Source: Gammaproteobacteria bacterium (lineage in GTDB: Bacteria > Pseudomonadota > Gammaproteobacteria > Eutrophobiales > Eutrophobiaceae). Taken from it: a stretch of 64,000 nucleotides of DNA. Below the pieces are notes generated by a model, which was not told the DNA's origin, ran no database searches, and was given only the letters and a program-made list of their open reading frames with translations. The stretch covers positions 1,152,001 to 1,216,000 of the forward strand of contig CBDCTH010000012.1 in NCBI GenBank assembly GCA_965222155.1, read 5' to 3'. The translations under genes were made by a program, and so were the position numbers. Of this stretch, positions 1 through 10,011 are shown piece by piece; the first letter of the stretch is position 1; each line of letters opens with the position of its first letter.

Positions 1-853
1 AGGAACCATGCTCAGCGATAAACAGCGCGTTTCGATAGGACGCAGGGAACTGATCACCGGTGTAAAAGGTCAGCCCCAACGCCGCGGAGTGGGCCTGAAT
101 CCTGATTTCGGGAGATACGTAGTCCGCCGGGTCGCGTCCTTCACCGAACCGGGGGTCCGGGATGTCACCGGCATGAACATAGGGATAGCCATAGTGGGCG
201 CCCGGCCTGACGACGCGATTGATCTCCTCGGCGGGCACATCATCCCCCAGCATGTCACGCCCGTTGTCGGAGAACCAGAGTTCGCCGGTGTCCGGATGCC
301 AGGCCATGCCAACCGAATTTCTGACCCCTGCCGCATAGATCGTCGTCTCACCGCTCACCGGGTCCATCCGCAATATGCTGGCAAACCGCGGGTCGTCGGA
401 TTCGCAGATATTGCAGGGCGCGCCTACGGGAACGTAAAGAAATCCATCAGAACCCACGGACAGATATTTCCAGCCATGGTGACGCTTGTCAGGCAGACTG
501 TCAGTCACTATCTCCGGTTGCGGATTGTCCCGAAAGGTGGTCTCGATAGCGCGATAACGAAGCACCCGGTCCAGGGCGCCCACGTACAGGTCTTCACCGA
601 CCAGGGCCAACCCACTCGGCAAGGTAAGTCCACTCGCAAAAGTGACCACCTCGGCCTTGCCTTCCCGGTCAGGTATCACCGCGTACAGCTTACCGGGACG
701 CAGCGTTCCCACCAATAACAGGCCGGATTCCGTTTCCGCCATCTGTCTTACCCCCGGCACTTCATCGGTAAGCACGGAAAGCTGAAAATTCCTAGCGGTT
801 TCAGCCAGCGCAGTGGAAGCAAACAACAGCAGTAAAAATGTCAGCCTCTTCAT
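1..853 (-). CDS. PQQ-dependent sugar/sorbosone dehydrogenase family protein (3' end beyond window)
   Basis: Hand translation from ATG 853 (not in ORF track): signal peptide MKRLTFLLLLFASTALA, motifs HHGWKYL, LYVPVGAPCNIC, GVRNSVGMAWHP, WFSDNGRDMLGDD. Confidence 0.85.
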   Translation of the reverse strand, partial: MKRLTFLLLLFASTALAETARNFQLSVLTDEVPGVRQMAETESGLLLVGTLRPGKLYAVIPDREGKAEVVTFASGLTLPSGLALVGEDLYVGALDRVLRYRAIETTFRDNPQPEIVTDSLPDKRHHGWKYLSVGSDGFLYVPVGAPCNICESDDPRFASILRMDPVSGETTIYAAGVRNSVGMAWHPDTGELWFSDNGRDMLGDDVPAEEINRVVRPGAHYGYPYVHAGDIPDPRFGEGRDPADYVSPEIRIQAHSAALGLTFYTGDQFPASYRNALFIAEHGS

Positions 854-917
854 GATGATAGTATTCGACAAATGGAAACGAACCTCAAGTAATGCGGAAG
901 CCGCTGGCCCGTAAGTA

Positions 918-1073
918 AAACGAAGTCCGAACTACATACGCCAGGAGGAAATTCTCGACTCGGCTGAGATTATCTATGCGGCGAGATGCTTCATATCTGC
1001 TCGACATACTTGTTGCGGCGCGCAAGGCCATGATCTTTGCGGCGGATCTTACATTTGCGCACTTCGAGCAGAA
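918..1073 (+). pseudogene. Remnant of MNT-HEPN (MntA/HepT, DUF86-like) TA pair
   Basis: RSPNYIRQEEILDSAEIIYAA resembles an MNT C-terminus; it overlaps ATG 976 MRRDASYLLDILVAARKAMIFAADLTFAHFEQN, which resembles a HepT/DUF86 N-terminus; both truncated. Confidence 0.6.
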
Positions 1074-1191
1074 CTGCGACGCGAAGATCGCCTCTGCGTC
1101 GCCACCGTTTCATATCTCAAGCCCGGTCCGGGCCAACTATTGAATAGCGAAGATATTGTCTTCCACGGACAACCAGTTTCTCTGATGCCTT

Positions 1192-1602
1192 CTATTCTCG
1201 TATACAGGTTTGCACATATCGCATGAACACGTCACGTGGGGACATCACCAGGAACATGTTCGCCATTTTCTGGTCGTGAATACCGTAATGAAACAGTTCC
1301 ACCTCACTGATTCCATAGGTGTAAACGTTGTTATACGACTTAAAATAGGCACTCACTTCATGGTTGCAATTGTTTTTTACGTTGTAGCCAACCGTTCTAC
1401 CGACTTCGAAGGTAGGGAAAGTGCGGGAATCGTAGGGAGCATGCTCTACGCTGAAGCATTGTGGCAGAGGCTCGAACCGAGCACACTCCCCAGCCGTGAC
1501 ACGCTCCGGTGTCAAAGCCAAGGCGAGTACTCCCAAGGCCAGGGTACAGAATCTCCTCGTGTGAAGTCCAGGAAAGCAACTGGGAATGCAACGAATATTC
1601 AT
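1192..1602 (-). CDS. Hypothetical secreted Cys-containing protein
   Basis: 136-aa ORF with hydrophobic signal-like segment LALGVLALAL; no recognised family. Confidence 0.5.
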   Translation of the reverse strand: MNIRCIPSCFPGLHTRRFCTLALGVLALALTPERVTAGECARFEPLPQCFSVEHAPYDSRTFPTFEVGRTVGYNVKNNCNHEVSAYFKSYNNVYTYGISEVELFHYGIHDQKMANMFLVMSPRDVFMRYVQTCIRE

Positions 1603-1949
1603 AAATTCACCCTTTTATCCGATGTTGCCCTGAGCGTCTCGAAGTTCGGATATTACTTCAAGCACTTGGTCAAAAAGACGGTACAATAACCTCTACATTC
1701 GGTATGCACCGGTCAGTATTGTCTGTCGCAATACCTTTTATCCCGACCTTACCCAAGGGGATTCTCACGGCCACGCGCAGGCCACGCCGTCTCGGCTGAC
1801 GTTTTCCCAGCCTGGTCCCGGCGTATATCTTCATCCTGGTGTTGCAGAATCCGATGCCCATGGATAGGCCCGCCCTGATCCGCCTCAGGCAGAATCGACA
1901 GCAGTAATACTCCTTCTGCGCGGTAATGTCAAGATTAATGGTACGGTCA

Positions 1950-3577
1950 CAGCCGTTCCCGCTAACTCTAGCAACTGGTTGCATTATCGGGCCATATGCG
2001 TTTTTTTCACACTGCCCCGACCGTCAGGGGATGCGCGGCCCTCCGGCTATCCCCGGTTATGTTGCTTTGGCTTGGCTTCCCCTGAAGTCCCCCGCCTTGA
2101 ACACCTCGACCCCGGCCCACCCTCAAGAGGTATCATACGGCACCACCACCGTAGGCGATACACCGTAGGCCAGGGCCCGATACAGCGTCTCCCAGTCCGG
2201 CAACAGCCAGGTGGAGAAGACGCTGCGTAGTGTCTCCCAGACGTCACGCTTGCAGCCCTGCTTCACCAACCCCTGTTGAAACAGCCCGCAGCAGTGCTGC
2301 TGCACCGGGTCAATCAGACACGCCAGCAGCATCAGGTACGCCAGCACCGTGGACAGGTGCTGGTAGCCGTGTTGGAGGGTATGCTCAAAGTGGTAGCCTT
2401 GGTGCTTCAGGGTATTAAATGTTTCGTTCTCAATCTTCCCACGCGCCCGCGCCCCGCGCAGCAGCCGCATCAGGTTGTCGCTGTGCAGGGGACTATCGGT
2501 CACCCAGGTAAACGTCTGTACCTTGCCCGACGGACGCTGTGCTTCGTAATCCAGGAAGTTCACCTGAAGGTCAACGTGTGACTCGTTCAAGGGCGCCCCG
2601 TTCAGATACCGAAACCGATGCACGGTGCCGTCCTGTCCCGGTATCTCCGCCGTCTGCACCCCCGGCGTGGTTGCCACCCAATCAAACAAAAACGTATGGT
2701 CACCGGGCTTCACCCCCAGGATATAGCGCAGCGTCAGCGACTGTAACAGACGAATGTGTGGCCCGTTGGATGCCAGGGCATCTTCCACGACAATCAACTT
2801 CAGGTGCGGATGTTCCCGCCGCACGTCCGTCAGCACGCGCTGCGCCGCATTGCGCTCACACTCATTCTTGCTGGTCCCGTCACCACGCATGAGCGGCGCT
2901 GGCGCCAACGGCAGCACCGCACGTTGTTCAGGATGCACCAGCACCGCCCCCAGCAACTGATGATAATAACTCACCCGCCCGTCCCGGTGATGTGTCTCAC
3001 AACACTGCTCGCAATGCACCTTGTCCGAATGAAACTACCCGGTCCCGTCCACCGACAACAGGTAGTGACCGCCCCACCAGAGAACGTCTTCCAGCAGCTT
3101 GCCCCGTTGCAGCACATGAAACACCCGCCGGCAGGCACGCCGTAACCTCGAAGGGGCCACCGTGTCCAAGCGCGCCCGCAAGGCCGTGTCCGATGGCGCC
3201 CGCCCTATCCCGTATAACGACCGCAGATTCGACTGCACCAACTCGTCCTCCCGACCCCGGTCAAACTGCAACAACGACGGGTACGTCAAGCCGAACACGG
3301 CCAACCCCGACAGCAGATAATCCGTCAGGGTCAAACCCCGACCGACCGTGTCATCGTTGATAGCTTGAAAACAACGACGCACCTCGCGTAACAAACCGGG
3401 GGCACTCAGGGTCTTGCGCAGAGAAGAACGAGACATGTTGGGTCACCTTTGACTTGAACAATGCCTGCTATTATACTGAATTAACATGAAAAGTTTACGA
3501 ACACTTTTTTCGCCCCTGCAAAAATCCCTGTATTCATAAGGATTTCAGCACGTCTCAGGCGTTAGCGGGAATTGCTG
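1950..3577 (-). mobile_element. IS element (ISNCY/IS4-like DDE), 1628 bp
   Basis: Terminal IRs CAGCCGTTCCCGCTAAC (1950) and GTTAGCGGGAATTGCTG (3561-3577); 9-bp target duplication GTACGGTCA at 1941-1949 and 3578-3586. Confidence 0.9.
2123..3436 (-). pseudogene. DDE transposase with in-frame stop
   Basis: ORFs 3035-3436 and 2123-3019 are in the same frame, separated by TAG (SVDGTG*FHSDKVHC); motifs VVEDAL and IENETFNTLK. Confidence 0.85.
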
Positions 3578-3777
3578 GTACGGTCACGCTCCAATCGGTT
3601 CGAGCAGTCGGCGACCAGGTCGCAGTAATCATCCGGTAGCAGAAGGTCTCTATCCGTTTCCGTCAGAGCATCAAAAATATCCTTGACGATTCTCGACCCG
3701 CGCTATTCCACTGTTTTAAGGCCCAGGATTATAAGGGCACGTGTCTTCTTGTATCGTGTTGAGATTGAGTTTTGTGT

Positions 3778-4065
3778 TCAGGCGGCTTGGCCGTGGTGTT
3801 CAGGGTTTGGGGGTGGCGGATCAATTCGGACTCGGAAGAACGTCTCTACGGTGGCCTTGAGCGCGGCCAATTCGGTGGCCAATCCGCCGATTTTCTCGTT
3901 CAGTTTGTCAAATCGCGTATCCAGCTGTTTGCCTTGGTCATCGCTGCGTTTGTCCAACCGCGCGCCGAGTTCCAGGATATCCGATCGTAACCAGCCAAAC
4001 AGTCCGATCAGGAGTCCAGCCAGGGTTATGCCGGTTGCAATAATGCCAATGAGTTCTGTTGTCAT
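3778..4065 (-). CDS. Small membrane-anchored coiled-coil protein
   Basis: N-terminal TM helix, coiled coil (LDKR..LDTRFDKL), Pro-rich tail; same architecture as 47998-48483. Confidence 0.7.
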   Translation of the reverse strand: MTTELIGIIATGITLAGLLIGLFGWLRSDILELGARLDKRSDDQGKQLDTRFDKLNEKIGGLATELAALKATVETFFRVRIDPPPPNPEHHGQAA

Positions 4066-4179
4066 GGTGTTAGTATAGCAGTTAGAGTGTTCGTTTTAAA
4101 GTAGAGTATTTTCCAGAAATTTGAACGCTTTAATAAGGGTGAATGAGAATGCACACTCAACGATTCACCGCCTCAAAAA

Positions 4180-4494
4180 TTAAGCCGCAATAGGCTTTGC
4201 CCTCTCAATTCGAGTGCGCCGCTTTGGCGTATTCAGCGCCTTCCACAGTTCGTTGCGTTGCTGCAGGTTCAACCAGAAATCGGCAGTGTTGCCGAAAACC
4301 GTGGCAAGCATCAATGAGGTGTCCGCCGTAATAGCGCGACGGTTGGTACACAGTTCGTTGACGGTTTTTCGACTCACACCCATCGCTTCCGCCAGCTGTC
4401 CCTGTGTCAATCCCATAGGCACGAGAAATTCCTCGGTAATCATCTCACCGACACTGACGGGTTGTCGTTTTGTGATATTCATAGCCTGCCTCAC
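4180..4494 (-). CDS. higA: HigA-family antitoxin (XRE HTH)
   Basis: PVSVGEMITEEFLVPMGLTQGQLAEAMGVSR...FWLNLQ; overlaps the toxin stop. Confidence 0.9.
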   Translation of the reverse strand: MRQAMNITKRQPVSVGEMITEEFLVPMGLTQGQLAEAMGVSRKTVNELCTNRRAITADTSLMLATVFGNTADFWLNLQQRNELWKALNTPKRRTRIERAKPIAA

Positions 4495-4787
4495 CGATAA
4501 TCGTGATTATCCAGATAGACGCCCTGAGCCTCGCCACGTTCATCAGACCAAGTAAACACCAACCGCCATTGTTTGTTGATGCGGACAGAATGTTTACCTG
4601 CCAGATTTCCTTTCAACTTTTCAAAATGGTTTCCTGGTGGTGACCGCAAGTCGAGATCACAGGTTGCATCATCGATTAACTGCAGTTTTCGGAACAACCG
4701 ATCTTCGATCTCAGCGGGTATTTTCTTTCCGGCTTTATCTTCCAGATAAAAGTCCCGCAACCACCGGTCCCGAAAACTGAAAATCAA
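4491..4787 (-). CDS. higB: HigB-family (RelE-like) toxin
   Basis: TTG start 4787 after AGGAGG; DLRSPPGNHFEKLKGNLAGKHSVRINKQWRLVF. Confidence 0.9.
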   Translation of the reverse strand: MIFSFRDRWLRDFYLEDKAGKKIPAEIEDRLFRKLQLIDDATCDLDLRSPPGNHFEKLKGNLAGKHSVRINKQWRLVFTWSDERGEAQGVYLDNHDYR

Positions 4788-4845
4788 AAGTAACCTCCTT
4801 GAATTTGTATCACTATAACGCACCTGGTTACTTTTGGTAAGTATG

Positions 4846-6247
4846 AGTATTTTCCAATATGAAATGAGCCTGAAGGGGGTGCGTGATTCCAACATGAAAT
4901 GAGCCTGAAATAGTCTGTGTTTCCGTTCATGATAGGAGGATGAAAACGATCATGAATGCAAACGAGTTAACGAGTATTAACCAGGTACGTGCTTTTTTGT
5001 CAGGCACCCAACGGGTGGTCTTTGAGGTGGCCAGTGACAAGCAGAGCCGTTATGACTGGGTACGGCGGACACTGGTGAGGTTCAACTACCTGGGCTGTAA
5101 CAAATCGGACAAGGGGGTACTCATGGGTTACCTGATGAAGGTGAGCGGGTATTCCCTGGCCCAGGTGAAGCGGTTGATTAAGCGATACCGGGAGACCGGG
5201 AAGCTGGCGCCACGGCAACGCACGGTACGGGGGTTTGCCCGGCGCTATAGCAAGGCGGACATTCGCCTGCTGGCGGCCATGGACGAACGCCACAACACCC
5301 CCAACGGGCTGACCTTGAAGAAGCTCTGTGAGCGCGCCTATGAGGTGTTCGGCCAGGCCGAGTATGAGCGCCTGGCCGGTATCCCGGTGTCCCACCTGTA
5401 CAACCTGCGCCAATCGCAGACCTACCGGCGTCAGCGGCACACGGTGGAGAAGACCCGTCCGGTCAACCGTGACATCGGCGAACGACGTAAGCCGCAGAGT
5501 GACGGTCAGCCGGGCACTATCCGTATCGATACCGTGCACCAGGGCGATTTAGACGGGGAAAAAGGCGTCTATCATATCAATGCGGTGGATGAGGTGACCC
5601 GGTTCGAGGTCGTGGTCAGTGTCGAGCGCATCAGCGAGGTGTATCTCATCCCGGCCCTGGAACACCTGCTGGAGGTCTTTCCGTTCGTGGTCCTGGGATT
5701 CCATACCGACAACGGCTCGGAATATATCAACCACCGGGTCGCCCGGCTGCTGGAGAAACTGCGCATCGAGTTCACCAAGTCCCGCGCCCGGCACAGCAAC
5801 GACAACGCCCTGGTGGAATGCAAGAACGGCCATGTCGTGCGCAAGCTCCTCGGCCATGCCCATATCCCGCAGCGCTGGGCCGGCCTGCTCAATGCCTTCC
5901 ATCGCCAGCACCTCAACCCGTACGTCAACTATCACCGGCCCTGCCTGTTCCCGCACACCGTCACCGACAAGACCGGGAAACAACGAAAACGCTATCCCTA
6001 CCAGTCCCTGATGACCCCGTATGAGAAACTCAAATCCCTCACCGATGCAAAGACGTACTTGAAACCGGGGTTAAGCTTTGCGATACTGGACAGGATCGCT
6101 TACCAAATCAGCGACAACGCGGCGGCCGATGCCTTGCAACAGGCGCGCCGGGAACTCTTTACAACCATCCATGAACAGGAATACAAACGGGCTTGAGATC
6201 GAGTCAGAATCTCTCTCTACAGGCTCATTTTAGAATTGGAAAATACT
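4846..6247 (+). mobile_element. IS element with rve-type transposase (IS481/ISNCY-like)
   Basis: IRs AGTATTTTCCAATATGAAATGAGCCT and AGGCTCATTTTAGAATTGGAAAATACT; GTATG directly repeated at 4841-4845 and 6248-6252. Confidence 0.85.
4940..6196 (+). CDS. Integrase-core (rve) DDE transposase
   Basis: IDTVHQGD, FHTDNGSEY, NDNALVECKN; intact 418 aa. Confidence 0.9.
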   Translation: MKTIMNANELTSINQVRAFLSGTQRVVFEVASDKQSRYDWVRRTLVRFNYLGCNKSDKGVLMGYLMKVSGYSLAQVKRLIKRYRETGKLAPRQRTVRGFARRYSKADIRLLAAMDERHNTPNGLTLKKLCERAYEVFGQAEYERLAGIPVSHLYNLRQSQTYRRQRHTVEKTRPVNRDIGERRKPQSDGQPGTIRIDTVHQGDLDGEKGVYHINAVDEVTRFEVVVSVERISEVYLIPALEHLLEVFPFVVLGFHTDNGSEYINHRVARLLEKLRIEFTKSRARHSNDNALVECKNGHVVRKLLGHAHIPQRWAGLLNAFHRQHLNPYVNYHRPCLFPHTVTDKTGKQRKRYPYQSLMTPYEKLKSLTDAKTYLKPGLSFAILDRIAYQISDNAAADALQQARRELFTTIHEQEYKRA

Positions 6248-6311
6248 GTATGAGTATGTGTTAGTAACTGTGTTAGGAACACATAAACTATCCGCATCTG
6301 TACACATAGAT

Positions 6312-6404
6312 GGTATGGACACCGCCCTCTCTTAATCGGCAATGATGTGCCAGGATAATGGTTCCATCAACCAACACGAGGGCGGCATCCATGAAAGATA
6401 TTAA
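6312..6404 (+). mobile_element. Possible IS110/IS1111 left-end remnant
   Basis: Hairpin ATGGACACCGCCCTC...GAGGGCGGCATCCAT ending in ATG AAA GAT ATT (MKDI), cut by the IS5 end; family assigned by resemblance only. Confidence 0.4.
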
Positions 6405-6479
6405 GGGAACCTCTATTTATTCGGCCCATGATATAATATCGGCGACTGATTTCAACACTCACGTTGGTATGGAGACGCT

Positions 6480-7508
6480 ATGAAGACACAAGATCTGTTC
6501 GGTTCCTTTTTTGACCCCCAGGACAAACGGCTGGCTAAACTGGGCGATCCGTTACTGTGTCTGGCGGAGACGGTAGACTGGGAGCAGTTTCGGCCGTTGT
6601 TGGAGCAGGTCAAGCCGGCGCTACGCAAGCGCAATGCGGGGGCGCCGCGGCGGGACGTGGTGCTGATGTTCAAGGGGTTGGTGCTACAGGATTTATACGG
6701 GTTGAGTGATGAGCAGTTGGAATATCAGCTAGAGGACCGGCGCAGTTTTCAACGGTTTTTGGGGTTGAACAGTTATCGACGGGCGCCGGCTGCGAAGACG
6801 TTCTGGGCGTTTCGGGAGCGGTTGGTGGCGTTAGGGTTGATGGGGGATTTGTTTGAGCAGTTTGCGGCGCAGTTACAGGGTTTGGGGTATCGGGCGCGCA
6901 AGGGGCAGTGGGTGGATGCCTCGCTGGTACCGGTGCCGGTGCAGCGCAACACGCGGGCGGAGACTGCGCTGATTAAGGCGGGTGAGACACCGACGGACTG
7001 GCGTGCGGCGAAGCGGCGTCAGAAGGCTACGCAGGCGCGCTGGACGAAGCAGCACGGCAACGCGTATTTTGGCTATAAGAATCACGTGAATGTGGACCGG
7101 GCGCACAAGCTGATACGGACCTATGAGGTGACGGCGGCGAATGTGCATGATTCGCAGAAGTTGGATGACCTGCTGGATGGGGGCAACAGCAGCAAGGCGG
7201 TGTGGGCGGACAGCGCCTGGCGTTCGGCAGAACAGGAAGGGCGCTTACGGGATAAGGGCTATCGCAGTCACATCCAACGCAAGGGGACGCGCAAGCGGCC
7301 GTTGACGGCCCGGGAGAAACAAGGCAAGCGCACCCGGGCGAAGGTGCGGGCTCGGGTGGAACATGTATTTGGCGCGCAGTGCACGTTACGGGCGAAGGCG
7401 TTACGTTGTATCGGGCCGGCGCGCAGTGAGTTAGCCATTGGGATGATGAATCTGGTGTACAACATGCGGCGTTTGTGTTATCTGCAAGGGGTCCGTGTGC
7501 CGGCCTGA
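6480..7508 (+). CDS. IS5-family transposase
   Basis: LSDEQLEYQLEDRRSFQRFLGL, VDASLV, YFGYKNHVNVD, WADSAW, RARVEHVFG. Confidence 0.9.
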   Translation: MKTQDLFGSFFDPQDKRLAKLGDPLLCLAETVDWEQFRPLLEQVKPALRKRNAGAPRRDVVLMFKGLVLQDLYGLSDEQLEYQLEDRRSFQRFLGLNSYRRAPAAKTFWAFRERLVALGLMGDLFEQFAAQLQGLGYRARKGQWVDASLVPVPVQRNTRAETALIKAGETPTDWRAAKRRQKATQARWTKQHGNAYFGYKNHVNVDRAHKLIRTYEVTAANVHDSQKLDDLLDGGNSSKAVWADSAWRSAEQEGRLRDKGYRSHIQRKGTRKRPLTAREKQGKRTRAKVRARVEHVFGAQCTLRAKALRCIGPARSELAIGMMNLVYNMRRLCYLQGVRVPA

Positions 7509-7775
7509 CGGAGACAACGCCTGACCGGCATACCTTGCATTTTAGGGGGCTCACTCCGGATTTGCAAGGTATTTATAAGTAATCAATTAAATAAACCCTG
7601 TAAAAGCAAAACATACAGTTTGCCGGGACGCAGCGACCCCACCAGCAACAGGCCGGATTGCGTCTCCGCCATCTGGAGGAAATTATCGTCACCTGTTCCC
7701 GCACCAGCCGGGAGCCGGCTGATGGGTTCACTCAAATGTGGAGGTTCAAGTCCTCTCCTGACCGTAAGTTGAAGA

Positions 7776-8299
7776 TTACGCCCTACTTCCCCTTAAAAGC
7801 AGCTCTGACATCTCAGCCAGACCTATAGCTTCCACGCCCTGTGAAATCGGATATCTGTCGTCACCTGCATAAACCACAAAGCTTTTATTCGGTTGTATGT
7901 CTTCGCAGGCGTGGTAGAAGCCCTTTTTCGGTTTTGCCGACAAAGCCCTCTTAATCTCAATGACCCATATTTCAGAAATCCCCGGGAACTCCAGCACGAG
8001 GTCTACTTCGGCTCCTGCCGAGGTCCGGTAGAAGCTGGCAAGCGGCATGTCTTTAACGACCGACAACAAATTCTTAATTCAGTAATGACCCCTGCCCATG
8101 GGACAACATCTTCCACAGTCTTTCCAGTGTCTCAGCCGGAATGCGAGGCCCGAATTGCGCAACATCACGTTCCAGATAAGTCCGGATAAAGTCTTTTCTC
8201 AGCTTAAAGCTATCCCTGTCAGATTTTGCCAGGTAGCTGTCCGGGAACCCGCCTCTTATCCAAAGGCGGTTCATTGCGTTATCCGCTATTCCAACTTCC
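7776..8299 (-). pseudogene. Truncated, internally deleted copy of the DUF4143 ATPase at 10242-11423
   Basis: Near-identical to 10242-11010 except for a deletion of about 250 bp near 8070-8080 and the missing 5' part. Confidence 0.9.
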
Positions 8300-8314
8300 A
8301 TAAATACAAGGTGG

Positions 8315-8911
8315 TTAGCTGGTTCCATATTTCCTCATTGCCTCTACGACTTGGGCAGTCTGCTGGCTATCAATTTTCGCCCCATGAATTCCACCTCCTT
8401 CGGCCCGGAGATCTTCAACGTGCAATGCCTTCGTTAACATATCTAGCGACGGTCCTCTATGGCTGCACTGGAGATTCATTGCCTGTGCCCAGGGAATAGC
8501 CGCTTTCTGACTGCAAAACACGCCCTGAACTTTTGGTAGTTTCAAACAGTACCGTTCGACGTGGTCGAGCAGGATGGGCCAATCGAAACTCGCGTTGTGA
8601 ATCACGATAAGCTGATCCGCCAAGTAGCCGGCAATCTGATTCCACTGGGACTCAAAGGATTCAAACCCGGTGGCCTGTTCGTTGGTAATGCCGTGTACTG
8701 CTTGCGCTTCGTCTGAAATGCATCGTTGCGGTCGCGTTTCAAACTCTACGGATTCCGTAATCTCTCGATTCCTCACCACTATTATGCCTAGGGTGACGAT
8801 ATCCGGCAGGCCGTTGTCATCGGGAAGACCGGTGGTTTCGGTATCGAGAACGAGGTAATCGTCCGGCAGTTGGGTGAATATCCATAGCAGCTCGCTGTAC
8901 ATCGCCATCAC
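8315..8911 (-). CDS. DEDDh (DnaQ-like) 3'-5' exonuclease
   Basis: ExoI VLDTETTGL, ExoII HNASFD, ExoIII HGAKID; start overlaps the RES stop. Confidence 0.9.
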   Translation of the reverse strand: MMAMYSELLWIFTQLPDDYLVLDTETTGLPDDNGLPDIVTLGIIVVRNREITESVEFETRPQRCISDEAQAVHGITNEQATGFESFESQWNQIAGYLADQLIVIHNASFDWPILLDHVERYCLKLPKVQGVFCSQKAAIPWAQAMNLQCSHRGPSLDMLTKALHVEDLRAEGGGIHGAKIDSQQTAQVVEAMRKYGTS

Positions 8912-9600
8912 CTCCTGCCACTACCGTCCAGCGATCCAACCTCAACGATCGTTCCTTGGTTATAGTGGTAACGCAGATAACGCCAGTGGATCGCATCCGA
9001 GAGCGCTCTGGCCCGCATGACCCCATAGCAGTCACCGTCCGCTCTGACACTTTGGTAGTGAACGCCGTAACTTTTGGCATCCCGCAACGCGCAGCCAAGC
9101 TGCTGTGCTGTCACATACTCACCGGGATCGTAAATAGCGTCACCTGCCAGATGTCGCACGTCATGCAGGGTAACCGTTCCCAGCTGCGCCCGAATAACGC
9201 GCATCTCCTGCGTAGTTTTCTCAATTCCGGATTCCCGCAGGAATCGTGCCCGGTGGAAAGATGACTCGGCGATGGCCACCGCCTCGTCGGGAGCACAGTA
9301 ATAGATACCGAAATCCCGGTTGAAGCGGCCTCCACGGCCATCCACGGGTGGATGGGTGAAAGCCGCCATTATCCAGGATGCGCCATCGCCGTACACCCGG
9401 TCTTCCGGTGGTACCAGGCGGATATCACCCACTTCATCGCGCAGCCTGGGGTTGGTCAGCGCCTCAACTGCATAGAGTACGTCCCAATCTTTTGGACCGG
9501 AGACCTGCTCGAACAGGCTGATCTGCGGATAGCGCGACAGAATGACCCGATAGACGAATTCATTCACTTCGCTATCAGGCAGGGTATTGATATCAATCAC
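8908..9600 (-). CDS. RES-domain toxin (NAD+ phosphorylase/ART family)
   Basis: Probable GTG start 9600 overlapping the antitoxin TGA; YRVILSRYP, GGRFN..FGIYY, AIAESSFHR, GVHYQSVR. Confidence 0.88.
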   Translation of the reverse strand: MIDINTLPDSEVNEFVYRVILSRYPQISLFEQVSGPKDWDVLYAVEALTNPRLRDEVGDIRLVPPEDRVYGDGASWIMAAFTHPPVDGRGGRFNRDFGIYYCAPDEAVAIAESSFHRARFLRESGIEKTTQEMRVIRAQLGTVTLHDVRHLAGDAIYDPGEYVTAQQLGCALRDAKSYGVHYQSVRADGDCYGVMRARALSDAIHWRYLRYHYNQGTIVEVGSLDGSGRR

Positions 9601-9998
9601 CAGCCGCCCCGCTCCGCATCGAGGAAATTCCTGACCACGGCCAGGTCCACCACCTGACCGGCCAGCAAGCGATCCAGTGGTACCGTACCATTGAACAGCG
9701 GGTTGTCGTTGGGCGTGGCCAGCCACTGATCGGCCAACGCCTGGTCGGGCAATAGTATCTGCAGGGATTTGTAGATACCCAGGATATAGCTGGCCCGTTC
9801 CAGTAAATCCCGCGTCAGCTTGGCCTTTTCCGGCTGGCTCTTCCAGTTGTAGAGGGTCTTCTCGTTGCTGAGCCCCAACAAGGTCATCTGCTGGGCGCCG
9901 GTCAGGCGCCACTGGCTGAAAATATTGAAAATCGCAGGCAGCAATGAACTGGTGACATTGGAACCGCGTTGCAGCAATTGTTCGGCTTGAGCGAGCAT
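9597..9998 (-). CDS. Xre/MbcA/ParS-type antitoxin
   Basis: ATG 9998 after GGAGG; LLERASYILGIYKSLQIL...WLATPNDNPLFNGTVPLD...VRNFLDAERGG. Confidence 0.9.
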   Translation of the reverse strand: MLAQAEQLLQRGSNVTSSLLPAIFNIFSQWRLTGAQQMTLLGLSNEKTLYNWKSQPEKAKLTRDLLERASYILGIYKSLQILLPDQALADQWLATPNDNPLFNGTVPLDRLLAGQVVDLAVVRNFLDAERGGW

Positions 9999-10011
9999 GA
10001 TTACCTCCAAT

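Noticed and set aside
8-718. 236-aa plus-strand ORF
   Set aside because: Antisense shadow of the dehydrogenase gene on the minus strand
4788-4895. Extended HigB N-terminus
   Set aside because: Runs into the IS left end; the RBS supports TTG at 4787
7738-7760. tRNA gene
   Set aside because: Only a T-arm-like piece; no D arm, anticodon arm or CCA end
9601-9912. N-terminal extension of the RES ORF
   Set aside because: Overlaps the antitoxin out of frame; the coupled GTG at 9600 is the better start
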